Counted from the first letter of the stretch, positions 1 through 12,842 are shown. The stretch is 24,000 bases of DNA from Prevotellamassilia timonensis (GCA_963589615.1 CAVALA010000001.1:132951-156950); one strand, 5' to 3'. Made by a program: numbers and translations. The notes: a model not told the origin generated them from the letters alone.

Positions 1-263
1 ACGAGAAATATGCCACTTCCAGCATTCCCGCTGAGCTCAGAGCAGAATTCCGCAGCGGGAGCCTTCCGCTCATAAAATATGCCAACATCCTCACGTTCAA
101 CACTCGTGCCATTGTGCTCTACATCACCTTGCTCATCGCAGAGCCGTGGGTTTACTTCGTTTTTGAAATCGTAGTGATGAATGCGCTCTTCTTCTACATG
201 CGAGCACGCCACGAATCGCTTTGCTTCAAGCTGACTAAGAAACTGCAGAGCAACAATTATTAG
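1..263 (+). CDS. CDP-alcohol phosphatidyltransferase family protein, C-terminal fragment (5' end lies outside the window)
   Basis: Frame 3 is open from the window edge to TAG at 261-263. It is absent from the ORF track because it has no start codon. My translation (...SLPLIKYANILTFNTRAIVLYITLLIAEPWVYFVFEIVVMNALFFYMRARHESLCFKL...) is hydrophobic. It resembles the conserved C-terminus of Bacteroidales CDP-alcohol phosphatidyltransferase family proteins as I recall them. The catalytic D-G-x2-A-R...D-x3-D motif would lie upstream of the window, so the family call rests on recall only. Confidence 0.5.
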   Translation, partial: EKYATSSIPAELRAEFRSGSLPLIKYANILTFNTRAIVLYITLLIAEPWVYFVFEIVVMNALFFYMRARHESLCFKLTKKLQSNNY

Positions 264-287
264 CCCCTCTCACAACCGTGCCCAATC

Positions 288-1424
288 GTGACAAAGCACG
301 GATATTCCTTACCTGTGTCAGCAACACTTCCTCTACACAAGAAGATTGCCACACGCGATACCCCCAACACATTGAAACCTCTTTTCCGTAACATTTTCCT
401 TCTATTCGGCATTGCAGCCATAGTGGTGATGCTCTGCAAATTTCCTGTCAACTATAGTGAGATAGGAAGCAACATTCGCCTCATGGGCCTTTACTTGCCA
501 GCTGTTATAGGCGTTTGGATTTTTGTCTATGCTTTCAACGCCTGGGCATTCCAGATCATCGTCAACAACGGCACACACGACAAGCACCTATCCTTTCGCC
601 ATGCCTACAAACTCACCGTATCGGGCTTTGCCTTCAGCTATACCACTCCCTTCGGCTTTGGCGGAGGACCATACCGCGTGATGGAACTCAGTGCCTTCAT
701 CGGAGTGCCACGCGCCATGTCGTCCGTAGTGCTCTATTCCATGATGCACATCCTTTCACACATATGCCTTTGGAGCACAGCGGTTGTCGTTTTTGCCCTG
801 GCATACACTGAAAAGATGACGCCATTCCTTTGGTGCCTCTTCGCCGGCTATTTCGTAGTTCTTCTTGCTGTACTATTTGTGTTCAACCTTTGCTACAAGA
901 AAGGAGTTATCGTAAAGCTCTTCACACCCCTGCTTCACGTTCCTTTCGCAAAGAAGTGGGCAAGAAAGTTCTACGACAAGAACATCGACTCCATGCGCAA
1001 AGTCGATGAAAACATCGCGTATTTACGTTCGCAGCCTCGTGCTTTTTGGCTTTCCCTGCTCTTTGAATACATAGCCCGCGTAATCAATTCACTCGAATAT
1101 TACTTCATTCTCCTTTCCCTTGGCGTATGCCTTGACTTTTGGGACGCGCTTCTCGTTCTCGCCTTTTCCTCACTCATCGGCAATCTGCTTTTCTTCCTAC
1201 CCATGCAGCTTGGCGCACGAGAAGGCGGTCTTTCCGCAATTGTCAAGATTCTCGGACTCAGTGCTCCTGGCATAGGTGTGCTCACCTCCCTTTACACCCG
1301 AATACGCGAACTCGTGTGGATTTTCATCGGTGTTGGACTCGTCAAGATTGGCAACAAGAACATCATGCGCGACGGAGCATCAGCTCAATACGATGTCAAA
1401 AACGCCGACACTAACAACAAATAA
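288..1424 (+). CDS. Polytopic membrane protein, flippase-like / lysylphosphatidylglycerol-synthase TM-domain (UPF0104) family
   Basis: 378-aa ORF with many hydrophobic helices and a basic loop (KKWARKFYDKNIDSMRK) mid-protein. The C-terminal MQLGAREGG...Y.R..E pattern is typical of the MprF-flippase-like family. It starts 25 nt after the upstream stop. The start at 288 is GTG. The next in-frame ATG (432) would remove a TM helix, so the start is uncertain. Confidence 0.6.
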   Translation: MTKHGYSLPVSATLPLHKKIATRDTPNTLKPLFRNIFLLFGIAAIVVMLCKFPVNYSEIGSNIRLMGLYLPAVIGVWIFVYAFNAWAFQIIVNNGTHDKHLSFRHAYKLTVSGFAFSYTTPFGFGGGPYRVMELSAFIGVPRAMSSVVLYSMMHILSHICLWSTAVVVFALAYTEKMTPFLWCLFAGYFVVLLAVLFVFNLCYKKGVIVKLFTPLLHVPFAKKWARKFYDKNIDSMRKVDENIAYLRSQPRAFWLSLLFEYIARVINSLEYYFILLSLGVCLDFWDALLVLAFSSLIGNLLFFLPMQLGAREGGLSAIVKILGLSAPGIGVLTSLYTRIRELVWIFIGVGLVKIGNKNIMRDGASAQYDVKNADTNNK

Positions 1425-1445
1425 AAGACTTCAATCCCCTCACAT

Positions 1446-2162
1446 ATGCAACACCCCCAAGCCCTACTCTTTGACTATGGCGGCACACTTGACACTGCTG
1501 CTTGCCATTGGTCCTACGTTTTGGAAGAAGGCTACCGCCATGCCGGCATCCATTTGTCTGAAGCCGACTTCCGCACAGCCTACGTCTTTGCAGAACGCGC
1601 ATTGGCAAAATCTCCCATCATCAAGCCCGACTACACTTTCAGACGTCTGCTCGAAGAGAAAGTACAATTGGAGTTGCAAAGCCTTTCAGCACAAGGCGTC
1701 TGGAACTTCGCTTCCATCGAGGAGCACTACAATGCAGTTGACAGAATCGCTACCTTCTGCGACACATTCGCACACGAACACGTAGAACAATCACGTCACA
1801 CGCTTGAAAAGCTCCACGACAAATACAAACTGATCATGGTTTCCAATTTCTACGGAAACCTCCCCACCATTCTTCAAACCTACGGCATTGCCCATCTCTT
1901 CGATGCCGTAGTAGAAAGCGCAGTCGTTGGCGTGCGCAAGCCAAATCCCGAAATCTGGAGCCTCGGTGTAAAAGCCGCACAATGCGAACCTAGCGAAACT
2001 GTAGCCATCGGCGATAGCTTCTCAAAAGACATTGTACCAGCCCAGTCCATTGGTTGCCAAACTATATGGTTTAAAGGAAAAGAGTGGGAAGAAAAAGAAT
2101 ACGACGAAACACTGCCGACCCACATCATTTCCTCATTGGAAGAACTCACAGACCTTCTATAA
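1446..2162 (+). CDS. HAD superfamily hydrolase (subfamily IA-like)
   Basis: 238-aa ORF with four HAD motifs: I LLFDYGGTLD, II MVSNF, III RKPNPEIW, IV AIGDSFSKDI. In motif I a Gly replaces the usual second Asp (D-Y-G rather than D-x-D). It starts 22 nt after the upstream gene, which suggests an operon. Confidence 0.8.
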   Translation: MQHPQALLFDYGGTLDTAACHWSYVLEEGYRHAGIHLSEADFRTAYVFAERALAKSPIIKPDYTFRRLLEEKVQLELQSLSAQGVWNFASIEEHYNAVDRIATFCDTFAHEHVEQSRHTLEKLHDKYKLIMVSNFYGNLPTILQTYGIAHLFDAVVESAVVGVRKPNPEIWSLGVKAAQCEPSETVAIGDSFSKDIVPAQSIGCQTIWFKGKEWEEKEYDETLPTHIISSLEELTDLL

Positions 2163-2201
2163 AGTTTACCTCCCTGAGATAAGCTAATCAAATGCGAGTT
2201 T

Positions 2202-2555
2202 ATGAAAATCATTTACAACAAGGTCATCCCTTTTGGAAAAGATTTCTATGCCATAAACCTCTTCGGCATCCTTTTCGCCAAAGGTTCGTGCGATGAAATC
2301 ACACTTAATCACGAAAGTATTCACACAGCGCAAATGAAAGAATGGGGATACATTCCCTATTATCTAGTCTATTGCTTTGAATGGCTCTTCCGTATAATAC
2401 AATATAAAGGGTACACACGCGGATATTTCAATATCTCTTTCGAACGCGAAGCATACGCAAACCAATACAACCTTCGCTACTTGAAAGAACGGAAACATTA
2501 TGCATCACTTCATTATCTGCGGAAACGGCCAGACTGCCCAGACTTGACATTATAG
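2202..2555 (+). CDS. Small hypothetical protein with HExxH motif (possible zinc metallopeptidase-like fold)
   Basis: 117-aa ORF. It carries NHESIHTAQMKEWGY (HExxH) and a downstream FEREAY that could supply a third zinc ligand. I see no signal peptide. The function is not recognised. Confidence 0.55.
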   Translation: MKIIYNKVIPFGKDFYAINLFGILFAKGSCDEITLNHESIHTAQMKEWGYIPYYLVYCFEWLFRIIQYKGYTRGYFNISFEREAYANQYNLRYLKERKHYASLHYLRKRPDCPDLTL

Positions 2556-2613
2556 AATAAGCTAGGCGGAAAAGCAAAGCACGGTGTAGAAAATCCAAGG
2601 CATCCCGTGAAAA

Positions 2614-2649
2614 CTCCAAGGCTTCTCAATACGTTGAGAAGCCTTGGAG
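2614..2649 (+). terminator. Hairpin downstream of the HExxH gene (16-bp perfect stem, 4-nt loop)
   Basis: CTCCAAGGCTTCTCAA-tacg-TTGAGAAGCCTTGGAG, followed by the T-rich TTGTTAGTAAATTTTA. It lies about 60 nt after the stop at 2555. Confidence 0.45.
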
Positions 2650-2737
2650 TTGTTAGTAAATTTTACCACAAACGTTCTCCTACTTTCAGCGGATGTACTG
2701 CTGGCATTTAATGGCATCAATGCTTATCTTAATGATT

Positions 2738-2767
2738 CGCGCGTGCGCGCACGCGTACACGCGCGCG
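2738..2767. repeat. 30-nt perfectly alternating pyrimidine-purine GC-rich tract with an internal 16-bp palindrome
   Basis: CGCGCGTGCGCGCACGCGTACACGCGCGCG read directly from the sequence. CGCGTGCGCGCACGCG (2740-2755) is its own reverse complement. The tract sits in otherwise AT-rich intergenic DNA. Confidence 0.9.
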
Positions 2768-2774
2768 AATACAG

Positions 2775-2918
2775 AAAGTTTGTGCAAACAATCTTCAGCC
2801 TTCAGCCGTGGTATACGTTTTTCTCCAGAACTCTCTGCATTTACACATTCCATGGAGGCAACGTTTACTATGTTACAGTCCTTACGGCTGAAGGCTGAAG
2901 ATTGTTTGCACAAACTTT
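2775..2918. repeat. Perfect 35-bp inverted repeat flanking a 74-nt spacer (144-bp element)
   Basis: The left arm at 2775-2809 (AAAGTTTGTGCAAACAATCTTCAGCCTTCAGCCGT) is the exact reverse complement of 2884-2918. Each arm contains a tandem CTTCAGC CTTCAGC. The spacer has further imperfect self-complementarity (ACGTTTTTCTCC ... GGAGGCAACGT). Confidence 0.9.
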
Positions 2919-2940
2919 GGTGTATACTATAAGCACACTA

Positions 2941-2988
2941 TGTAAATTATCTGCGGGCCCAACATGTTGGGTCCGCAGATAATTTACA
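2941..2988 (-). terminator. Hairpin immediately downstream of glyA (22-bp stem with one G-T pair, 4-nt loop)
   Basis: TGTAAATTATCTGCGGGCCCAA-catg-TTGGGTCCGCAGATAATTTACA begins 16 nt past the glyA stop at 3004. There is no clear U-tract on either strand, so its terminator function is presumed from position only. Confidence 0.45.
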
Positions 2989-3003
2989 CAAGTTGCTAAA
3001 AAG

Positions 3004-4284
3004 TTAGTAAGCAAACAAGGGGTAGCTTTCCATTGTTTCGTTTACCTTTCGGCGCACATCGGCAATGACACTTTCGTCCGTCGGATTGTCAAGTACACGT
3101 TCTATGAGCTCGGCAATGAGAATCATGAGATCTTCCTTCGCACCACGTGTGGTGATGGCTGCTGTACCCAGACGTATGCCAGAAGTTTGGAAAGCGGAAC
3201 GGTCGTCGAAGGGAACCATATTTTTGTTTACGGTAATGTCCGCAGCAACCAAAGCATTCTCTGCGACCTTGCCTGTCAGCTCCGGATATTTGGGACGAAG
3301 GTCTACAAGCATGGAGTGGTTGTCTGTTCCACCACTGACAATGGCAAAACCGCGCTTGACGAGTTCGTCTGCAAGACATGCAGCGTTTTTCTGAACCTGA
3401 AGTGCATATTCCTTAAACTCGGGTTGCAAAGCTTCGCCGAAGGCTACTGCTTTCGCGGCAATCACGTGTTCAAGCGGGCCACCTTGTTCTCCAGGGAAAA
3501 CAGCGCTATTGAGCAGCTGGCTCATCATCTTGACAACACCTTTTGGCGTCTTCTTTCCCCATGGATTTTCGAAGTCTTTACCCATGAGAATCAAGCCGCC
3601 GCGCGGCCCGCGCAGTGTCTTATGGGTAGTAGTAGTCACAATGTGGGCGTACTTTACCGGATTGTCCAACAAGCCAGCAGCGATAAGACCTGCAGGATGT
3701 GCCATGTCAACCATAAAGAGTGCGCCTACCTTATCGGCTATGGCACGCATTCTTGCATAGTCCCACTCGCGACTATAAGCAGAACCTCCGCCAATGATAA
3801 GTTTGGGTTTATGTTCCAATGCGAGACGTTCCATCTCATCGTAATCTACGCGTCCAGTCTTTGGATCAAGGTTATAACCGACAGGATGATAAAGAATTCC
3901 ACTTGTATTAACGGCTGATCCATGTGAGAGGTGACCACCATGGGCAAGGTTAAGTCCCATGAAGGTATCGCCAGGGTTGAGTACGGTGAGAAGGACGGCG
4001 GCATTGGCTTGTGCTCCGGAATGGGGTTGCACGTTGGCATACTCTGCACCAAAGAGTTTCTTAGCACGTTCTATAGCCAACGTTTCCACTTGGTCTACCA
4101 CCCCACATCCGCCATAGTAGCGATGACCAGGATAGCCTTCGGCGTACTTATTGGTAAGGCAGGAGCCCATGGCGCGCAACACTTCGTCGCTGACAAAGTT
4201 TTCTGACGCGATTAATTCAATGCCGCGCAACTGACGACGGCGCTCAGCCTCTACGAGCTGAAAGATTTGTGTGTCTCTTTCCAT
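3004..4284 (-). CDS. glyA: Serine hydroxymethyltransferase
   Basis: 426-aa ORF. It has the PLP-lysine motif [14 protein letters not shown] plus ELIASENF and YYGGC, and the length is typical for SHMT. Confidence 0.97.
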   Translation of the reverse strand: MERDTQIFQLVEAERRRQLRGIELIASENFVSDEVLRAMGSCLTNKYAEGYPGHRYYGGCGVVDQVETLAIERAKKLFGAEYANVQPHSGAQANAAVLLTVLNPGDTFMGLNLAHGGHLSHGSAVNTSGILYHPVGYNLDPKTGRVDYDEMERLALEHKPKLIIGGGSAYSREWDYARMRAIADKVGALFMVDMAHPAGLIAAGLLDNPVKYAHIVTTTTHKTLRGPRGGLILMGKDFENPWGKKTPKGVVKMMSQLLNSAVFPGEQGGPLEHVIAAKAVAFGEALQPEFKEYALQVQKNAACLADELVKRGFAIVSGGTDNHSMLVDLRPKYPELTGKVAENALVAADITVNKNMVPFDDRSAFQTSGIRLGTAAITTRGAKEDLMILIAELIERVLDNPTDESVIADVRRKVNETMESYPLFAY

Positions 4285-4370
4285 AGATAAGATATTTGTC
4301 GTTCAAGGTCTTTTGCCTAAAGGTTCGTACGAATAGGCAAAAGGCTTATGTTCACTTTTATTCAAAAAGC

Positions 4371-4416
4371 AAGAGAACGTAAGCGGCGGACTTCAATCTG
4401 CTACTTACGTTCTCTT
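4371..4416 (-). terminator. Rho-independent-type terminator after the flavin reductase gene
   Basis: 13-bp stem (AAGAGAACGTAAG / CTTACGTTCTCTT) with a 20-nt loop, starting 4 nt after the stop at 4420. On the minus strand it is followed by TGCTTTTTGAATAAAA. Confidence 0.6.
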
Positions 4417-4419
4417 CTA

Positions 4420-4989
4420 TTATTTCTTTACGCTCCAACCAAATTTGCCTATTAACTCTCCAAGCCCATAGTACCCACCATGCAGATAGACCAAAGGGCT
4501 GCTGGCTTCCAAGTGCCATTTTCCTTCATTGTCAAGGTAGCGCTCGTCTGCCTGTACGTTTACGACTTCTGCTATAAACATATCGTGCGAACCAAGATGA
4601 ACAATCTCCTTGACCCGGCACTCAATGCTCAAAGGCGACTCCATGACGATTGGTGCCTTGACGCAGGATGCTTTGCCTATAGTAAGACCCATTTCTTCGA
4701 ACTTGTTGAAATCGCGTCCGGAGCGTACGCCACACCAATCTGTGGCGCGTGCAAGGTCTTCGGTCGTGAGGTTAAGCACGAACTCCATGTTACGACATAT
4801 GATGTCGTAGGAATGACGTTCCGGACGGACTGAAATGTAGCACATGGCAGGGTTGGTACATATAGTTCCGCTCCACGCCACAGTGAACACGTTGTACTCT
4901 TCAGGATTTGCTCCGCACGAAACGAGCAATGCCGGAAGCGGATATATCATCGTACCAGGCTTCCAATCCATCTTGCCTTTTGCAGCCAT
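4420..4989 (-). CDS. Flavin reductase family protein (FMN-binding split-barrel)
   Basis: 189-aa ORF. The overall pattern (PLPALLVSCG...NVFTVAWSGTICTNP..., ...HDMFIAEV...) matches the Flavin_Reduct-type proteins of Bacteroidales as I recall them. It starts 22 nt downstream of pyrI. Confidence 0.75.
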   Translation of the reverse strand: MAAKGKMDWKPGTMIYPLPALLVSCGANPEEYNVFTVAWSGTICTNPAMCYISVRPERHSYDIICRNMEFVLNLTTEDLARATDWCGVRSGRDFNKFEEMGLTIGKASCVKAPIVMESPLSIECRVKEIVHLGSHDMFIAEVVNVQADERYLDNEGKWHLEASSPLVYLHGGYYGLGELIGKFGWSVKK

Positions 4990-5011
4990 AAACGGTGAGT
5001 ATAGTAGTCAG

Positions 5012-5470
5012 TTAAATCAGTTTTGCCTTATCAAGTTCTTGCTCTTTCTCGCAGTAATGACACTGAATGAGTCCGAGTTTACTGTCCTTCACGCGGAAAC
5101 GTGTCGGCATAGGCTCATTGTTGCAAATGCATTTGGGATTTGCGCATTTCACGATGTTCACGAGTTCCGTAGGGAGCGCAACACACTTTTTCTCCACGAC
5201 CTCATAGTCGCGAATGATGCAAAGCGATACGTTGGGAGCTACTACGGAGAGCTTGTTTAACTCTGCATCGGAAAAGAATTTATTCTCAATCTTCACGATG
5301 CTTTTGTTGCCCATTTTCTTACTCTTGAGGTTATAGCCTATCATCACCTGCGACGACTTCAAATCCTCAAGATGTAGCAGACGTACCACCTGAAATAGTC
5401 TGTTAGAAGGTATGTGGTCGATGACCGTACCATTTTGAATGGCGGCCACCATGAGTTCTTGACGTTTCAT
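5012..5470 (-). CDS. pyrI: Aspartate carbamoyltransferase regulatory subunit
   Basis: The sequence has [14 protein letters not shown] and a C-terminal Zn domain (CANPKC...CHYC). I place the start at the ATG at 5470 (MKRQELMV, 152 aa). The track start at 5518 would overlap pyrB and add a non-conserved extension. Confidence 0.92.
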   Translation of the reverse strand: MKRQELMVAAIQNGTVIDHIPSNRLFQVVRLLHLEDLKSSQVMIGYNLKSKKMGNKSIVKIENKFFSDAELNKLSVVAPNVSLCIIRDYEVVEKKCVALPTELVNIVKCANPKCICNNEPMPTRFRVKDSKLGLIQCHYCEKEQELDKAKLI

Positions 5471-5501
5471 GACTATGACGTTTTTCTTTTGAATTCGGAC
5501 A

Positions 5502-6434
5502 CTACTGTTTGATTTCATTGAGTGTTATACCAAGCACGTCACAAATGATGGCCTGACGGGCAAAGAGTCCGTTGTGTGCTTGTTCGAAATAATAGGCATG
5601 GGGATTATTGTCCACGTCGTATGCGATCTCGTTCACACGAGGGAGTGGATGAAGAATTTTCATATTGTCACGGGCACCGGAAAGCATAGAAGCCTTGAGA
5701 ATGTAAACGTCCTTTACGCGCTCATATTCCATAAGGTCTGTGAAACGTTCCTTCTGTACGCGCGTCATGTAGAGTATGTCTGCATCTTTGATGATGTCGG
5801 CGTTAAACTCCTCGTGCTCAACAAAGTGAATATTATTCTCGCGACAGTAAATCTTGTATTCCTCAGGCATTGCGAGTTCTTTCGGAGCGATGAAATGGAA
5901 TGTCGGATTGAAATGACGCATAGCCATGATGAGCGAGTGCACCGTGCGTCCATACTTGAGATCACCCACTAAATAGATGTTGAGGTTTTCAAGTGTACCC
6001 TGCGTCTTGTAGATGCTGTAGAGATCAAGCATGGTTTGGGAAGGGTGCTGATTTGCGCCATCGCCGGCATTAACGACGGGAACGGGCGAAATCTCGCTAG
6101 CGTAGCGTGCAGCGCCTTCAAGGAAATGACGCATTACTATCACGTCGGCATAGTTGCTGACCATCATTATGGTGTCCTTCAAGGTTTCACCCTTAGTGGA
6201 ACTAGTTACCTTGGGGTCTGTAAATCCAATGACGCGGGCGCCCAAACGATTAGCTGCCGTTTCAAAAGAAAGGCGGGTGCGCGTGGAAGGCTCGAAGAAC
6301 AGCGTAGCCACGACCTTATCGTCAAGAATTTTCCGGTTCGGATTTTTCTCGAACTCCTGTGCCATACTGATTAGATAGAGAATTTTCTCTTTCGACAAAT
6401 TGGCAATCGTCACCAAGCTATGTTTCTCTGACAT
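5502..6434 (-). CDS. pyrB: Aspartate carbamoyltransferase catalytic subunit
   Basis: Motifs [13 protein letters not shown] and HPLPR are present. I place the start at the ATG at 6434 ([10 protein letters not shown]..., 310 aa). The upstream 34 codons of the track ORF look like non-coding leader. Confidence 0.95.
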   Translation of the reverse strand: MSEKHSLVTIANLSKEKILYLISMAQEFEKNPNRKILDDKVVATLFFEPSTRTRLSFETAANRLGARVIGFTDPKVTSSTKGETLKDTIMMVSNYADVIVMRHFLEGAARYASEISPVPVVNAGDGANQHPSQTMLDLYSIYKTQGTLENLNIYLVGDLKYGRTVHSLIMAMRHFNPTFHFIAPKELAMPEEYKIYCRENNIHFVEHEEFNADIIKDADILYMTRVQKERFTDLMEYERVKDVYILKASMLSGARDNMKILHPLPRVNEIAYDVDNNPHAYYFEQAHNGLFARQAIICDVLGITLNEIKQ

Positions 6435-6780
6435 GTTGTGAGTGTAAGATAGTTTTGCACGCAGTTTCAGCCGCATGAAACCATGTGTTTGTTTTAACGT
6501 AGTGCATGCAGTTTGCCTTAACAATCCAACATTCATGGGCTTTTAAAGACCATTGGGAAGCTAGGAAAGTGCAGCCGCGGCTTTTATTATCGGTAAAATT
6601 AGTCAGAAAAGATGAGTTGATTGAAACGCAGAGGCGTCTTTTTTTGTGTGCGTTGGGCGTTTGACCGATTTTCGCAGAAACGCAGCAGTTTTGTCAGAAC
6701 TATTCGGTAACTTTGCTTCTCATCGTTTTATGCAATAGACGCAAGAAGTTTACAGCCTTTTATTCCTCCATGTTTTTCGC

Positions 6781-7422
6781 CTATTGCGCGTAATCAATTT
6801 TTATGACTATCACTTTCACAAATTGCTCTGCCTTTGCCGTACGCACTTTTGCTATGTGCCAGTCGCAAGGGAACATCACGTTGAACGTTCCAGGAATGGA
6901 TTCAAAGCGTTCGAGCTTCTGTGAATCAAAATTGTAGTGAAGCACATCGGGGGTGTATTCACAATTGGGTTTGGACGTTTCATGATCAAGACGTGCAAAA
7001 CCTTCAGTCCCCTTCACTACTATCATGAAGTCGATCTTGGCTCGATGCGACTCGGAACCTTTGCCGTTTTGCAAATCTTCTTCGCTACACCAGTTGTCGC
7101 CTTCTTCAACGGAAGCCGTTAGTCCACTGTTTCCAATAGGGACTCGTCCTGGTTTGATAGTGAGTAAGTCTGTTTGCTGAAGCCAATTGAACACGGCGTC
7201 CCATTGTTGCGAATTACGACTATACTGAACGCAGAACTCTGTTTCGTTTACTGTAGGGGCCGGACTTGCCTTGTCAAACCCCTTACGCCACTCACCTTTT
7301 TTCACCCAATGGTGTGCTGCTTTAGCAACAGATTTGGGATAAACATTGGTATATGTTTGGGCTGAAAGCGCAAAGGGAATGAAAGTGAAAGCCGTAGAGA
7401 GAAGGATTTTTTCGATTTTCAT
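6781..7422 (-). CDS. Secreted YhcH/YjgK/YiaL (DUF386, EbgC-like) family protein
   Basis: 213-aa ORF with an N-terminal signal peptide (MKIEKILLSTAFTFIPFALSAQ). HRAKIDFMIVVKGTEGF and the C-terminal FPCDWH resemble the cupin-like DUF386 family that includes the E. coli Ebg beta subunit. Confidence 0.65.
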   Translation of the reverse strand: MKIEKILLSTAFTFIPFALSAQTYTNVYPKSVAKAAHHWVKKGEWRKGFDKASPAPTVNETEFCVQYSRNSQQWDAVFNWLQQTDLLTIKPGRVPIGNSGLTASVEEGDNWCSEEDLQNGKGSESHRAKIDFMIVVKGTEGFARLDHETSKPNCEYTPDVLHYNFDSQKLERFESIPGTFNVMFPCDWHIAKVRTAKAEQFVKVIVIKIDYAQ

Positions 7423-7544
7423 GAATGTATTTTTATGGATCTTATAATATTCTGTTTCTTCAAGTGAAAGCGAACATTCAAATACCGAGCGTTGTTGCAG
7501 AAGAGATTCTTAAATTCTATGCAAATATAGACAAAAGCAATAGA

Positions 7545-7579
7545 AAAGTCCCCATTCTCAACAGAAGAACGGGGACTTT
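7545..7579 (-). terminator. Hairpin after the beta-galactosidase gene
   Basis: 9-bp stem (AAAGTCCCC ... GGGGACTTT) with a 17-nt loop, 25 nt past the stop at 7604. On the minus strand it is followed by TCTATTGCTTTTGT. Confidence 0.5.
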
Positions 7580-7603
7580 ACTCTATTCGTATTTATAATG
7601 TAC

Positions 7604-12842
<5,239 letters not shown>

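Noticed and set aside
2644-2932. Three overlapping 75-84 codon ORFs in the glyA-proximal spacer (2644-2898 plus strand, 2686-2913 minus strand, 2693-2932 plus strand).
   Set aside because: They run through the alternating CG tract and the 35-bp inverted repeat, which mirrors the same peptide (LCKQSSAFS) on both strands. Their composition is non-protein-like, so they are by-products of repeat symmetry.
3187-3918. Long antisense ORFs inside well-supported genes. Examples are 3187-3918 opposite glyA, 7763-8464, 9143-9709 and 9935-10474 opposite lacZ, 11343-11882 opposite the TPR gene, and 14081-14599 and 14822-15385 opposite ruvX and serS.
   Set aside because: Their translations are low-complexity or Cys/Arg/His-rich with no recognisable motifs. 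The opposite-strand genes carry unambiguous signature motifs. Long shadow ORFs like these are expected opposite strongly coding frames.
4285-4419. ZTP (pfl), THF or glycine riboswitch upstream of glyA, and ZTP upstream of the purH-like gene (23143-23200).
   Set aside because: The ZTP 3' core (CCGCCTGGGC-like) and other remembered conserved cores are absent. The purH leader is only 58 nt. The glyA leader is largely occupied by a terminator and a simple inverted repeat.
5471-5518. N-terminal extensions in the ORF track for pyrI (to 5518), pyrB (to 6536), lacZ (GTG at 10819) and ruvX (to 14148).
   Set aside because: Internal ATGs at 5470, 6434, 10750 and 14070 give proteins that begin exactly at the conserved family N-termini, or at a signal peptide for lacZ. 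The extensions have no conserved character, and one would overlap the upstream gene.
6435-6780. Repeated words in the ~345-nt pyrB upstream region: GCACGCAGTTT (6457-6467) versus GCATGCAGTTT (6504-6514), and GAAACGCAG at 6623-6631 and 6677-6685. Also the AGCCGCGGCT palindrome at 6573-6582. These were considered as possible attenuator or PyrR-like signals.
   Set aside because: A rough estimate says a 9-mer repeat, or an 11-mer with one mismatch, within 350 nt is expected by chance at appreciable frequency. There is no PyrR binding-loop-like motif and no alternative terminator/antiterminator pair. The long leader remains unexplained but has no specific signal.
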